From the NCBI GenBank assembly GCA_002633005.1, contig NMRA01000748.1:1-64000 (forward strand): a stretch of DNA of 64,000 bases. The letters run 5' to 3'. The notes under the pieces were generated by a model. It was not told the DNA's origin, ran no database searches, and saw only the letters and a program-made list of their open reading frames with translations. This document shows, piece after piece, positions 1-64,000 of this stretch (the first letter of the stretch is position 1; every line of letters starts with the position of its first letter). Source of the stretch: Phoronis australis (taxonomy: Eukaryota; Animalia; Phoronida). The position numbers were made by a program, and so were the translations under genes.

Positions 1-766
1 TAAGTGATGCCCACTGGGCTGCTGACTGGGTATGTACCCAGTTGCGTATACTCATCCTGCAACATCCGTAAGATACCAGCAGTTACACCCTTGTCCCATT
101 TCAGTGCTTGCATGCTTCATGATTACTTATGAGAATGCCCTACAATCTATGACGTACATTGGCAGCTGTGGCAAGTGTCTCGCAAAAATAACCAATGAAG
201 GGGATTTACTGCGATCGGCTAATTAGCATATACTCATGAAGTAATTATTAGTATTTCTATCGCGTAATGGACAGTATTTTGTTTTTGGTGCAACAAGGGT
301 GATTGCAGGTACTTCAAGTATGATTGGCGTATTGATTACATCATACGAAGCTTGGCAGCAGCAAGGTTGACAATGTTAACTACCCATTCCTAAATTTAAC
401 CATTCTTGGCGAAGATTGTAGATGTGCAGCCAGTTTTGTCAGTATCGTGCTTGAACATTGTTGCAGTCGCAGTAGCCACCACTTTTTAGACTTGTAACGA
501 GTAAGCGGGAATGACGTTTTCAATTCATTGATAAAGATGAGAGCACCCAAAAAATTTGTTTGCTGTTTGCATGAGTTGTCAAGTATCAAGATGTTTGGAA
601 ACTGAAGAAACAAATTTGTTTGCTAACGTTACAAGATAGTAAAGTCCCTGTAACAATAACATCAATAACATAACGGTATAACATAACGGTTGTTCTTAGT
701 GTGGAGAAATGCATAACAATTTATGAATGAAGTGTTGTATCATCATCATTAGGTTTCGTTATCTAG

Positions 767-53359
<52,593 letters not shown>

Positions 53360-54073
53360 AACTAACTTCATGCATTTGCCTGTCTATGAACTGAATTGTT
53401 TCAATGTGGTGGCTCGATGTTAGAGGGAAACAACAGGCAGTGAAACCGAGACTGCTGTGAACTGATAAGCCTAACTGAAGCCCTGGCCTCAGAAGGCCAT
53501 CAGATGTCAATACAAGTATTTTGAGACTCAAATGTAGTGCTTACTAGTATATTGGGTCACTTGTTGCTAAACAGTACTTTTGACAACAAACGTATATTCT
53601 GGCCAGGTAATCTTACCTTCTCTCTATGCTATTGTGTGGTAGTTGGCTTGATATCCGATTTTTCAACTTTAATAACGACAACAAAGGAGTAAAGGCTAAT
53701 TTTTGACATAATCCAGTCGGTTGTGATTTTTTACTGGACACCGATGTGCTAATCGTATTGTACAACAGAATGATTCAGAAAGTCTAGTCCCAATATTGGC
53801 CCCAAATTGTTCTGGGATTCCTGCATGGACCAGTGAATTGTTGAGAGTTAGTATTTTTATTTTGTACATAATTGACGACTATATAACCAATGACACGTAC
53901 ATAATACTGCTGATTTTGTATTATAATGAATTGTGAGTTTTAGTAGTTAATTGTTGTTTAGGTCATATAGAAGTTGCTGTTTAGTGCAAATTATAGAACT
54001 GGAAAAATAGAACATTTAGATAGTCTTTGTAAAGTTTGCAAGTCATTGGGCGTTTAAATGAAAATTATTATAA

Positions 54074-54079
54074 ATTAAA
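54074..54079 (+). terminator. Candidate DNMT1 polyadenylation signal (ATTAAA)
   Basis: Variant hexamer ~715 nt after the stop; positional inference only. Confidence 0.3.
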
Positions 54080-54312
54080 GTCGATAACTTCATACCTCGA
54101 ATACATTTGTAGAAAATAACGTTATTTCTCACATAACCTGAAATGTGTTACGACACGACTGGTTAATAACACAGAGTACATAATTTTTTTGATATTACAT
54201 GGGCGAATCACAAAATTGTGCAAAGTATAAATCCATACGCCTTACATTTTATCATCTGCAAAACATTAAAACAAACCTAATCCACACCAATCAAACAGTG
54301 CCGGAATTCCGA

Positions 54313-57173
54313 GGTGACAAGGTTATGATTGACAAATTGGGTGTCGCAACTGAATGTTCTCTCAGTCGGAAAGACATGCAAACCAACTTAAACGGACCCA
54401 CCTTCAGTGGCAAATTCCATACCCACGTTTATTCAAACGGAGACGAACCCCAACTCAAGAAACGCACGTTTTTTCAAGGTTTAATATTTTTTTTTTTTTT
54501 TTATGTATTTATTAGGTTTAATATTGCAACTTCAAAGACTATTAGATTCTAACTTTATATTGCATAAGGGTATTTTGACAAAAGTTGCGTCATGTGGTTG
54601 AAAGTTTTAGACACAGATTTTCGGCAAAAAAGATCATTTTTAAGGTTCATGTGAGAAAACAAATCCTACATTGGTCTCGAGGTTTATGACATGGAAACTT
54701 CGTCAAATTCCATCGCCAAGCCTCAGGATTTTGACGAAATTTCCAAGAGGTTTTGCCCATGTCATAAACGTGAGACTCGTGTAGGATTCTCTATGTATGA
54801 AAAGCACGATTCCAAGTAAAAATAGCTTTATTCAGATAACTTGACACATTTCTGTCTTTCCTGAAAGGGTTCTAGATTTGTGGTCTGCAATAACAATGCA
54901 GACTTTCCAGCTCTTCTAAAATTCTTAAGCATTCTCTGCATTCCTAAAATTTTTAATTTTTTGCCAGTTTTGGGTCATTTCCTAATATTTTGCTACTTTT
55001 TGTCATTCTGTCTGATCACACGACAGTACTGTGGTAGGCATGTCTATTATTGTTTAACTAGAAAAGCATGATCACTTAGAGACTGATACAATTGAGCTCC
55101 CATGATTTTTCGTCTCTACACACACACTATGGACTTTTGTCAGTACACTACAAGGTCTAATCCTGGTTATACCTTTGCAAAATGGCTGCCACTGAAGTGA
55201 TTGGTCTGCAATGTTCGTAATGTCAAATAAAATTGGCTAAAATTTCTCGTACAAGAATACATGAAGACTTGGAACAAGTATCAAGTACTGAGCTTAAGTT
55301 ATTATATGTTTATTTTAAAACAATGATGCCCAAAGTATGCAAATAGCAGGACACACTTTTCAGCCAGTAACAGGTTATCTCCAACAACGTTTGAAATCAA
55401 AGTTTGTAATTTATTCCAAAAAGAAAGTACATGCTCACATTCCAAAAACAAGTGGTTAAAAATTTCTACAAGCACACAAATTGAGCATTTGTCGTTTTCG
55501 ATTATTTTCATTTTGAATTCTTTAAAAATATATTTGGATTAAACTTTTTTATGAATGTGATAATACTTAAAAACTTTCGAATGAAGATGGAGCAACAGTT
55601 CAAAAGGCACAACATAAATATGATTTGCTGGACATCAAATAATTCTAACAAACGGTTATACATCAGGAACTGATATCTCTCTGGAAAGTAATACATCTTT
55701 GGTCCACCGCGTATCAATCTGATCCCGTGCAGTCATGCATGCCACTGGCTCTGTCATTNTCCAAGGTGACAAGGTTATGATTGACAAATTGGGTGTCGCA
55801 ACTGAATGTACTCCCAGTCGGAAAGACATGCAAACCAACTTAAACGGACCCACCTTCAGTGGCAAATTCCATACCCACGTTTATTCAAACGGAGACGAAC
55901 CCCAACTCAAGAAACGCACGTTTTTCAAGTTTTAATATCGCAACTTCAAAGACTATTAGATTCTAACTTTACATTGCATAAGGGTATTTTGACAAAAGTT
56001 GCGTCATGTGGTTGAAAGTTTTAGACACAGATTTTCGGCAAAAAAAGATCATTTTTACGGTTCATGTGAGAAAACAAATCCTACATTGGTCTCGAGGTTT
56101 ATGACATGGAAACTTCGTCAAAATCCATCACCAAGCCTTGGGATTTTGACGAAATTTCCAAGAGGTTTTACCCATGTCATAAACCTGAGACTTGTGTAGG
56201 ATTCTCTATGTATGAAAAGCACGATTCCAAGTAAAAATAGCTTTATTCAGATAACTTGACACATTTCTGTCTTTCCTGAAAGGGTTCTAGATTTGTGGTC
56301 TGCAATAACAATGCAGACTTTCCAGCTTTTCTAAAATTCTTAAGCATTCTCTGCATTCCTAAAATTTTTAATTTTTTGCCAGTTTTGGGTCATTTCCTAA
56401 TATTTTGCTACTTTTTGTCATTCTGTCTGATAACATGACAGTACTGTGGTAGGCATGTCTATTATTGTTTAACTAGAAAAGCATGATCACTTAGAGACTG
56501 ATACAATTGAGCTCCAATGATTTTTCGTCTCTACACACACACTATGGACTTTTGTCAGTACACTACAAGGTCTAATCCTGGTTATATAACTTTGCAAAAT
56601 GGCTGCCACTGAAGTGATTGGTCTGCAATGTTAGTAATGTCAAATAAAATTGGCTAAAATTTCTCGTACAAGAATACATGAAGACTTGGAACAAGTATCA
56701 AGTACTGAGCTTAAGTTATTATATGTTTATTTTAAAACAATGATGCCCAAAGTATGCAAATAGCAGGACACACTTTTCAGCCAGTAACAGGTTAACTCCA
56801 ATAACGTTTGAAATCAAAGTTTGTAATTTATTCTAAAAAGAAGTACATGCTCACATTCCAAAAACAAGTGGTTAAAAATTTCTACAAGCACACAAAATGA
56901 GCATTTGTCGTTTTCGATTATTTTCATTTTGAATTCTTTAAAAATATATTTGGATTAAACTTTTTTATGAATGTGATAATACTTAAAAAGTTTCGAATGA
57001 AGATGGAGCAACAGTTCAAAAGGCACAACATAAATATGATTTGCTGGACATCAAATAATTCTAACAAACGGTTATACATCAGGAACTGATATCTCTCTGG
57101 AAAGTAATACATCTTTGGTCCACCGCGTATCAATCTGATCCCGTGCAGTCATGCATGCCACTGGCTCTGTCAT
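54313..57173. repeat. Tandem near-identical ~1.4 kb duplication split by a single N (55759)
   Basis: 54313-55758 vs ~55763-57173 differ by few substitutions and one T-rich indel. Confidence 0.93.
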
Positions 57174-57380
57174 TAATCGCAATATTTGAAATTTTCATTG
57201 CCTTGGCCAGGGCATTGTATTTTATCCAATTGCTTAATTTGTACTTTTCCTTTAAAACCTCCCAAGATATTTAAATAAGTATTGAACAAAAACTATTCCA
57301 GCATCGCAGTAGCTGATGTAGAACAGTTTTTCCATTTATCAAAATGTTTTTTGTTATTCCAAACAACTTGATTTTTCAAA
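56710..57380 (-). mobile_element. Degenerate L1/Tx1-type LINE ORF2 3' remnant (partial duplicate at ~55290-55758)
   Basis: KIIENDKCSICV...HLFLECEHVLSFWNKLQ resembles the zf-RVT CCHC motif; upstream INGKTV...SWEVLKEKYKLSNWIKY; frameshifted. Confidence 0.7.
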
Positions 57381-58942
57381 CCAGTATTCTTATGTAAGTA
57401 GTCTGTTATTTGCTCCCACGACCATAACAAATAGGTTGAAATATTTTATAAGCAATTTTGTGTAAGCATAACTACATTTTAAGAAATTTTGCGGGTGGAC
57501 GGTAAGCCAACCACAGCCGTTAACCCAGATTCGTAGCGTCCTTAACGTGTCAAAAATGATTCTAAGCATGTTGTCTGTGATTACAAACTGGTATTGCACA
57601 AATGAACAGGAGAGAATAACTTGAATGTACAGAACCTTTTGTGCCATAATTTTATGATTATGTGAAAACTTGGGCAAAAATGTGAGAAAATGGTGGCCAA
57701 GCTTGAACAGCATTTTAGCTTGATTATTTTTTGGCAGAAAGGATTATTCAAGCTCTGTGAATTTTGTACACCGAAAAATATATAGGGGCAGTCATATACG
57801 GTTTGGTTCCTTGATCAAACGTTTGATGGAGTACATAACTAAATTTGAAAGAGCTTGACCATGGCTCAATGGAACATCAGCATATTTGACACTTTTCTCC
57901 TAGCTTGCCAAGTTTGGAAAACCTCGTCTGTTCAGTTAGGAACCATTGCTTTACAAGCTGGTCAGAATTGCAAATCAAGCTCACCATCTTAAGCGAATTC
58001 GGTCACTAACCAAACCTCAGTTTCTTACTGAATGATGATGTGCTCAGTGTTCACGCGTGACAAAATAGCGCGATCATGCAGTACACTTTACTAAAATAAA
58101 GACATCTGCCACATTGCTAGCACTGGTGTGGTTGATTAAGACTGTGGACTCTTGAGCTTGATTATCGCAATATGCTTTCAGCAGGATTTCATGGGCACTT
58201 TCCTGAACTCCTGCACTGGATGCTGCTGACATTGCCAGAGATGATGACCTCCGAGTCAGTGTATATGCCTCGGCGCTGGTCTTGGGCTCTACCACCCGTG
58301 TGGCAATCAAATGATGCACAAATCAAACAGCATGGACGGTAACTACAACACACAATGAACAACATTGTTGGTCAAGCATTGGGGGTACATAACTGCTACT
58401 GTCACAACTGTGACTATTTTTAATACAAACGAGCAGAACAAGAGGATATTGAACCCTCAGATCACTTTACCATGCCTGAGGGGCACTCCAGTCTATCACA
58501 ACTAAACCGCCACGCCATCCACTTACCTTTCCCATTGGCCGGCATCATCAGAGTTACTTTTAGTTCTCTAGATTGAACGCCAGATGGCGTAGTTGAATAA
58601 TACTGTCGATCTAATAGCATTGGATTACAGATCACTAAACCATTCTCACACCTTTTATGATGAATAATGCCAGGCTCAGCAGTATTAATTATTCACTTTC
58701 AGATTTCTATTATCTTGTTCCTCTAATCGTGGATTTTTTTTGAGACATTTCTCTGATGTGTTGCAACTAACTGTTGTGGAAAACAGTAGACAATGACAAA
58801 TTTCTCATGTAATTAAATTTGGGACCTCTACTGATTACTCCTGTCTAAGTCGAATTAACGTTTTCTAATGCATTGGAGTTGTGCAACACCACACTGTCAT
58901 CCACCTATTTTCAAAGGAGTGGTGTTTAGTGGGACTTCTCGA

Positions 58943-59087
58943 GCATGCGCACACCCAGGGGGGGCTCAAATTTTTCGGTACACTGGCCTTTTACTGACTT
59001 TTTGTTTCATTGAGGCAGACCTTTTTGCCCAATTTGCCAAATTGTGAAGCTCGCTCGAGCCCTGAGCCCCCCTAGGTGTGCTCATGC
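58943..59087. mobile_element. Short palindromic MITE
   Basis: GCATGCGCACACCCAGGGGGGGCTCA ... TGAGCCCCCCTAGGTGTGCTCATGC. Confidence 0.55.
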
Positions 59088-59129
59088 CGAGCGCACAAAA
59101 AATTTCAAGGCAACAAAAAGATAACACAT

Positions 59130-59530
59130 CTAGGAACAGATTAAAGCACAGCCACACAGCAAAATTACGCGAACAAGCTAAACAATGCGAGTTTGGTGAT
59201 GGCTGTGACGACAGAACTTTCAACTGGAGCATATCATTCAGACCATTTTGAGCAAAACCCAGACAGCCGTCAACAAGATATGCACACATCAGTACAATTC
59301 AAAGACATGAAAGCAACATTAGACCATGTAGTGCGGGTAGCGAAAGTGAAACAACAAAGACCAGCAACACAGAGAAAACAGCACCACAAGCAGTCCATGA
59401 CATAGCAATACCCGACATATCATTACTGTGGATACACTGGGAAACGCCCAGCTGGTAGAGACTGCCCAACATTCGAACAGACATGCAGCAAGTGTGTATG
59501 TCAAGCCAGTTTCAAAAGGCAAATGAAAGT
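59130..59530 (+). mobile_element. Degenerate Ty3/Gypsy-like gag remnant
   Basis: KLREQAKQCEFGD..DDR / LEHIIQTI (frameshifted) and zinc-knuckle-like YCGYTGKRPAGRDCPTFEQTCSKC. Confidence 0.6.
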
Positions 59531-60039
59531 ACGGGACAGAAAGCAAGGTGCTAGAAAGGTGGAAATTAGACTCGTGAAGAAAACCATGTACTCGGAAAGA
59601 CATGAGACAATGATTTTTTAAGCTCCCATGGTGAATTGTTCACACAGGCTGGGAAGCTTCTACAACACTGGGTGAAGAAAACAACTAGAAAACTCTTACT
59701 AGCTATTGACAGGTACGAATAGAACCATGGACAGTGCATGATGCCGATAGTAATATCATGGATGAACACCACTACCAGAGACATTTGATTCACCAATCTG
59801 CCAACCAGCACCTGTTAGCACACAGCAAAACAAAACTTAGCACACGGCAATGTGATTTAAAAAGTTCAACTTAAGCAAGTATGCATTTGGTGTTGAAAAA
59901 ATCAAGTTCTATATGGATAAAAACGTTTCTCCAAAGATGGTGTCAAACCCATACCAGACAAAGTCGAAGATATCTAGAATAGTTTGGTCAATACAGAGGT
60001 GGACACAAAAACAGTATCAATGGCCACTAGGTGGCGGAG

Positions 60040-60040
60040 A

Positions 60041-60081
<41 letters not shown>

Positions 60082-60089
60082 CACACACA
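60040..60089. repeat. (CA)n microsatellite, probably in a HINE-like end
   Basis: CA run flanked by TGGCCACTAGGTGGCG and the hairpin GATTGTG...CACAATC. Confidence 0.85.
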
Positions 60090-60224
60090 GATTGTGTGAA
60101 AAATGCTGAATTTCACAATCCTGCAAGTGGTAAAGGATACATAGAGCTGAAAACACAGAATATTAAAGATTACCTTGAGTAGGCAGCATAAGTAGGAGGC
60201 TCGCCTTGTGGAAAGGCAAATGCC

Positions 60225-60938
60225 GGACGCTACTGAAACCCCCTCAACCACCTCGACTCACAACCCCTTCGACCCAAAGTCCTGTCGACCCAGTCTACAC
60301 AAGCTCGACTCGATCTGAACATAGAACAAGCGCTGACTTGTAGGACTTATCAGCAATGGGGCATGAGCTCGGATGGCCCTTCCCTGTTTTTTTTTTGCAA
60401 TTAAGGCAGTCGATTTGGAAAGTTTGAAAGCCAAACACAGAAAAAAACAACGCGACTAAATCAAATCAGAGACCTACCAACGTTACAAATGTCGTTCTCG
60501 GCGGAGTGGAATCGTCTCGTCTGCTTTTCAGTGAATTGCAGTAATTTCACCGGTAAATACAGTCTGAAAAACTGTTAACTAAAAATAAATTAATATTCAT
60601 TTCAACATTATATGGAGTACATTGTAAACGAGTACAAATATTAAAATATGAAATTACATTCACATATTCTCTCCCTACGTTTATTAGAACTGGGCTATTG
60701 ATAACCGCTCTTGGATCTATTTCCGTGACAACGATAGCGCGCTCACAATGCGCTATTCAAGACCACTAGCCTTCTCATATCACTTTCTGTTGTTCACTGA
60801 GTCAGTGCAGAATCGCGTGTAGGTATATGGAAAATCACTCGGCGACGTAGTAAGATTATGAAAAACATAAAAAAGCGCACAGGTCGTGGGTCGAGGGGGG
60901 TTGGGGTCGTGGAGGTTGAGGGGGTTTCAGTACAATCC
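60225..60938. mobile_element. MULE-like MITE with 9-bp TSD
   Basis: GCAAATGCC|GGACGCTACTGAAACCCCCTCAACC ... GGTTGAGGGGGTTTCAGTACAATCC|GCAAATGCC. Confidence 0.85.
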
Positions 60939-61426
60939 GCAAATGCCAACGACCGACTCAAAAATAATAAAAATGGTCACTATGTGGCGCTGAATCAATC
61001 TAACTGAAAATGGAAAGGCATCATTATCTTCTTGAACCCAAAGAAATCAAAGATGCAGCGACAAAGCTTAAAATTTAAAATTGCCACTAGTGGGCAGGGC
61101 TGTAATTGGATTAATCAAGAAGTCTATCACTGTAAATTATCTGTTGTAGGCTACCCTAAGGAACATGCACATTTGCCATACTTCATTTAGTTCCTGCAAA
61201 GGGTTTAGGAGATTAGCAGTGAACACTGGACGCCCAAACAGAAATGGCAGCAATATGCACCCACTATATATGGCTTATATGTGGGTGCAAAAAACCAATA
61301 GAATCAGAGAGAGAAGCAAGTCAGATCAGTTCATGAGTCTAAACAGTTCGTGGCGGTTCAGTTGTTACTTAAAATTTTTCTAGAACTGGAACAACAATTA
61401 AACCAAAGAAGCTTCCATTTACCTAG

Positions 61427-62943
61427 CTATTGGGACTCTTGGCAAACATGTTTCCCATGTTCGCTTCTGTCATGGTGTTCCGGTGCTTCAATTTCATCAT
61501 AAGAATCTTGATTCATCACGTCCATACCGTGTGGTTGTACATTCTGGTCCGGTGCTTCAATTTCATCATAAGAATCTTGGTTCATCACGTCCATACCGTG
61601 TGGTTGTACATTCTGGTCCGGTGCTTCAATTTCATAATAAGAATCTTGATTCATCATGTCCATACTGTATGGTTGTACATTTTGGTCCTGTGCTTCAGTT
61701 TCATCATTTGAAAATTGTTTCATCACGTCCATACCGTGTGGTTGTACATTCTGGTCCTGTGCTTCAGTTTCATCATATGAAAATTGTTTCATCTCGTCCA
61801 TACCGTGTGGTTGTACATTCTGGTCCTGTGCTTCAGTTTCATCATTTGAAAATTGTTTCATCACGTTCATACCTTGTGGTTGTACATTCTGGTCCTGTGC
61901 TTCAGTTTCATCATATGAAAATTGTTTCATCTCGTCCATACCTTGTGGTTGTACATTCTGGTCCAGTGCTTCAGTTTCATCGTTTGAAAATTGTTTCATC
62001 ACGTCCATACCGTGTGGTTGTACATTCTGGTCCTGTGCTTCAGTTTCATCATTTGAAAATTGTTTCATCTTGTCCATACCGTGTGGTTGTACATTCTGGC
62101 CCTGTGCTTCAGTTTCATCATTTGAAAATTGTTTCATCTCGTCCATACCGTGTGGTTGTACATTCTGGTCCTGTGCTTCAGTTTCATCATTTGAAAATTG
62201 TTTCATCACGTTCATACCTTGTGGTTGTACATTCTGGTCCTGTGCTTCAGTTTCATCATATGAAAATTGTTTCATCTCGTCCATACCGTGTGGTTGTACA
62301 TTCTGGTCCTGTGCTTCAGTTTCATCATTTGAAAATTGTTTCATCACGTCCATACCTTGTGGTTGAACATTCTGGTCCTGTGCTTCAGTTTCATCATTTG
62401 AAAATTGTTTCATCTCGTCCATATCTTGTGGTTGTACATTCTGGTCCTGTGCTTCAGTTTCATCATTTGAAAATTGTTCCATCTCGTCCATATCTTGTGG
62501 TTGTACATTCTGGTCCTGTGCTTCAGTTTCATCATTTGAAAATGGTTGCATCTCATCCATATCTTGTGGTTGTACATTCTGGTCCTGTGCTTCAGTTTTA
62601 TCATTTGAAAATTGTTTCATCTCGTCCATACCGTGTGGTTGTACATTCTGGTCCTGTACATCAGGCTCATCAGATGGATCTTGGCTACTATGGTGACTGT
62701 TCCTTGGCCTATCACTGGATCTGTTTTGCCTAGTGACATATTCATTGTGGTGCATGTCTGTCACTGCACATACTGGCATAGTGCGTTCAATGCATATACT
62801 TTTATTAGAATTGCTGACTAAAAAAAACAATAGATTTGCAGCTTCAAAAAATTCTTTTATCACTTCAGACATCTTCGGATGAGTTTCTTTGGTGTTACAG
62901 CGGTCCTTTAAGTATCTATATGAGACACAAGGACAGGAGTTCT
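61427..62943 (-). CDS. Large exon of a convergent gene encoding 17 x 23-aa acidic Q/D/E repeats; unknown product
   Basis: Open frame with unique flanks on both sides of the array; phase-1 acceptors tttttctcttcag|62943 (alternative ttttttttag|62817); TAG at 61429-61427. Confidence 0.55.
61483..62656. repeat. 69-bp tandem repeat, ~17 copies
   Basis: Unit encodes QDQNVQPHGMDEMKQFSNDETEA on the minus strand; no frameshifting indel. Confidence 0.97.
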
Positions 62944-63424
62944 CTGAAGAGAAAAATATCACTCACTAAGACAGGAGCAACGCAAAGTATGAAAAGCACA
63001 CATAACTGCATTACAAACAGTATGTTTCTAGGGATGTTTACTGGTATCAAAAATGGCCACTAGGTGCTGCGGAATACATTGAACCAGTTCAAAATCTGTA
63101 TTACCTCATTGTCTCCTCAAAGAAATCAATCTGTGTGTAAAATTTCATGAAAATCTGTCCAGGAAGTCCAACGCAAAAACAAAATTTCCACCATTAAGGC
63201 ACAAGGATAGTCTGCAGATCGATTCATTCGAAAGAAGTTGTCATCTGTTGTCACGTTTACAGGAATGTACTTGTCAGATTTCACTAATATCTCGAAAGAA
63301 GAGTGGCAGCCTAGAACACTTAGCATAGATGAACGAAGTATCAATTACATCTGACCATGGGAGCATTTAGTCAGTCCACCGTGCAACCCCTGCGGACCTT
63401 TCAAGAAGGCCAAAAATAAGCCAG

Positions 63425-64000
63425 ATTAGATATTTGAGGTACAAGCTAAAACTGGACAATAGTACCACACTGAACACCGAATGACCCATGACAGACAAAT
63501 TGCACTTTGGAATGGGTCTTGCAGAAACCAAAAAAGAACCCCCCAAAATGAGCTAGCTCATAGATTCAAGGAACCAAAAAACCAATTCCATGATTCAATT
63601 GTCCCTGATCACTGAATACCCCATAACAGACAAAATACACTCTGGGTTGTGCTCGCCAGAAACCCCCCAAAAATGTCAACCATCATCTTTGAAAATTTCA
63701 GTTAGAGTAGGTATTCGAGGTATGCAGCTAAAGCTGATTTAAAACGAACAATAGTAATGACCTATGGCAGACAGATTGCACAGTGGAAAAGGATCCCCAT
63801 AAATGATCCAGCTCATACATTCAAGGTACCATAAAAACCATTCCATTTGATTGAATACATGTCACTCAGGTCACTGTCTTTGGGTTGTGCCAGCCAGAAA
63901 TCCCAAAAAATCTCAACCACATTGTGCCATCAAAAGTTTAAGCTAAATTAGATATTCGAGGTACCGGCTAAAACTGACTTAAAATCAACAATCATGCCGC
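63425..64000. repeat. Diverged ~240-280 bp tandem units (runs off window)
   Basis: TAGRTATTYGAGGTA...GCTAAARCTG at ~63427, 63708, 63948. Confidence 0.7.

Noticed and set aside
54313-57173. Biological tandem duplication downstream of DNMT1
   Set aside because: Near-identical copies joined at a lone N; typical of uncollapsed haplotype overlap
58074-58319. Next exon of the repeat-containing minus-strand gene
   Set aside because: A phase-1 AG exists but has no polypyrimidine tract and the peptide is unrecognisable; unsupported
61430-62733. Long + strand ORFs (416 aa, 236 aa, 93 aa) over the 69-bp array
   Set aside because: By-product of a stop-free unit whose length is a multiple of 3; only the minus frame has long unique open flanks and splice sites

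Overview
AT-rich animal genomic DNA, probably a marine invertebrate (taxon inferred from DNMT1 style and repeats only). The main feature is a 5'-truncated + strand DNMT1 maintenance CpG methyltransferase gene. I traced 30 GT-AG exons from 767 to the stop at 53359 that join in frame into about 1365 codons: RFTS, CXXC, BAH1/BAH2, GK linker and the full catalytic domain. Its ~20 kb first visible intron holds an apparent nested antisense gene of 7 exons (20585->3459). All its junctions are phase 1, giving a ~487 aa low-complexity protein I do not recognise. The introns are rich in non-autonomous elements: TA-targeting pogo/Tc1-type MITEs, Kolobok-, Harbinger- and MULE-like MITEs, and HINE-like elements carrying arrays of CTCF-like motifs. 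Two near-identical tandem duplications flank N gaps and are probably uncollapsed haplotypes. The right end has LINE and Gypsy-gag remnants and a minus-strand exon with 17 x 69-bp coding repeats. All coordinates were read by hand; no database search was possible.
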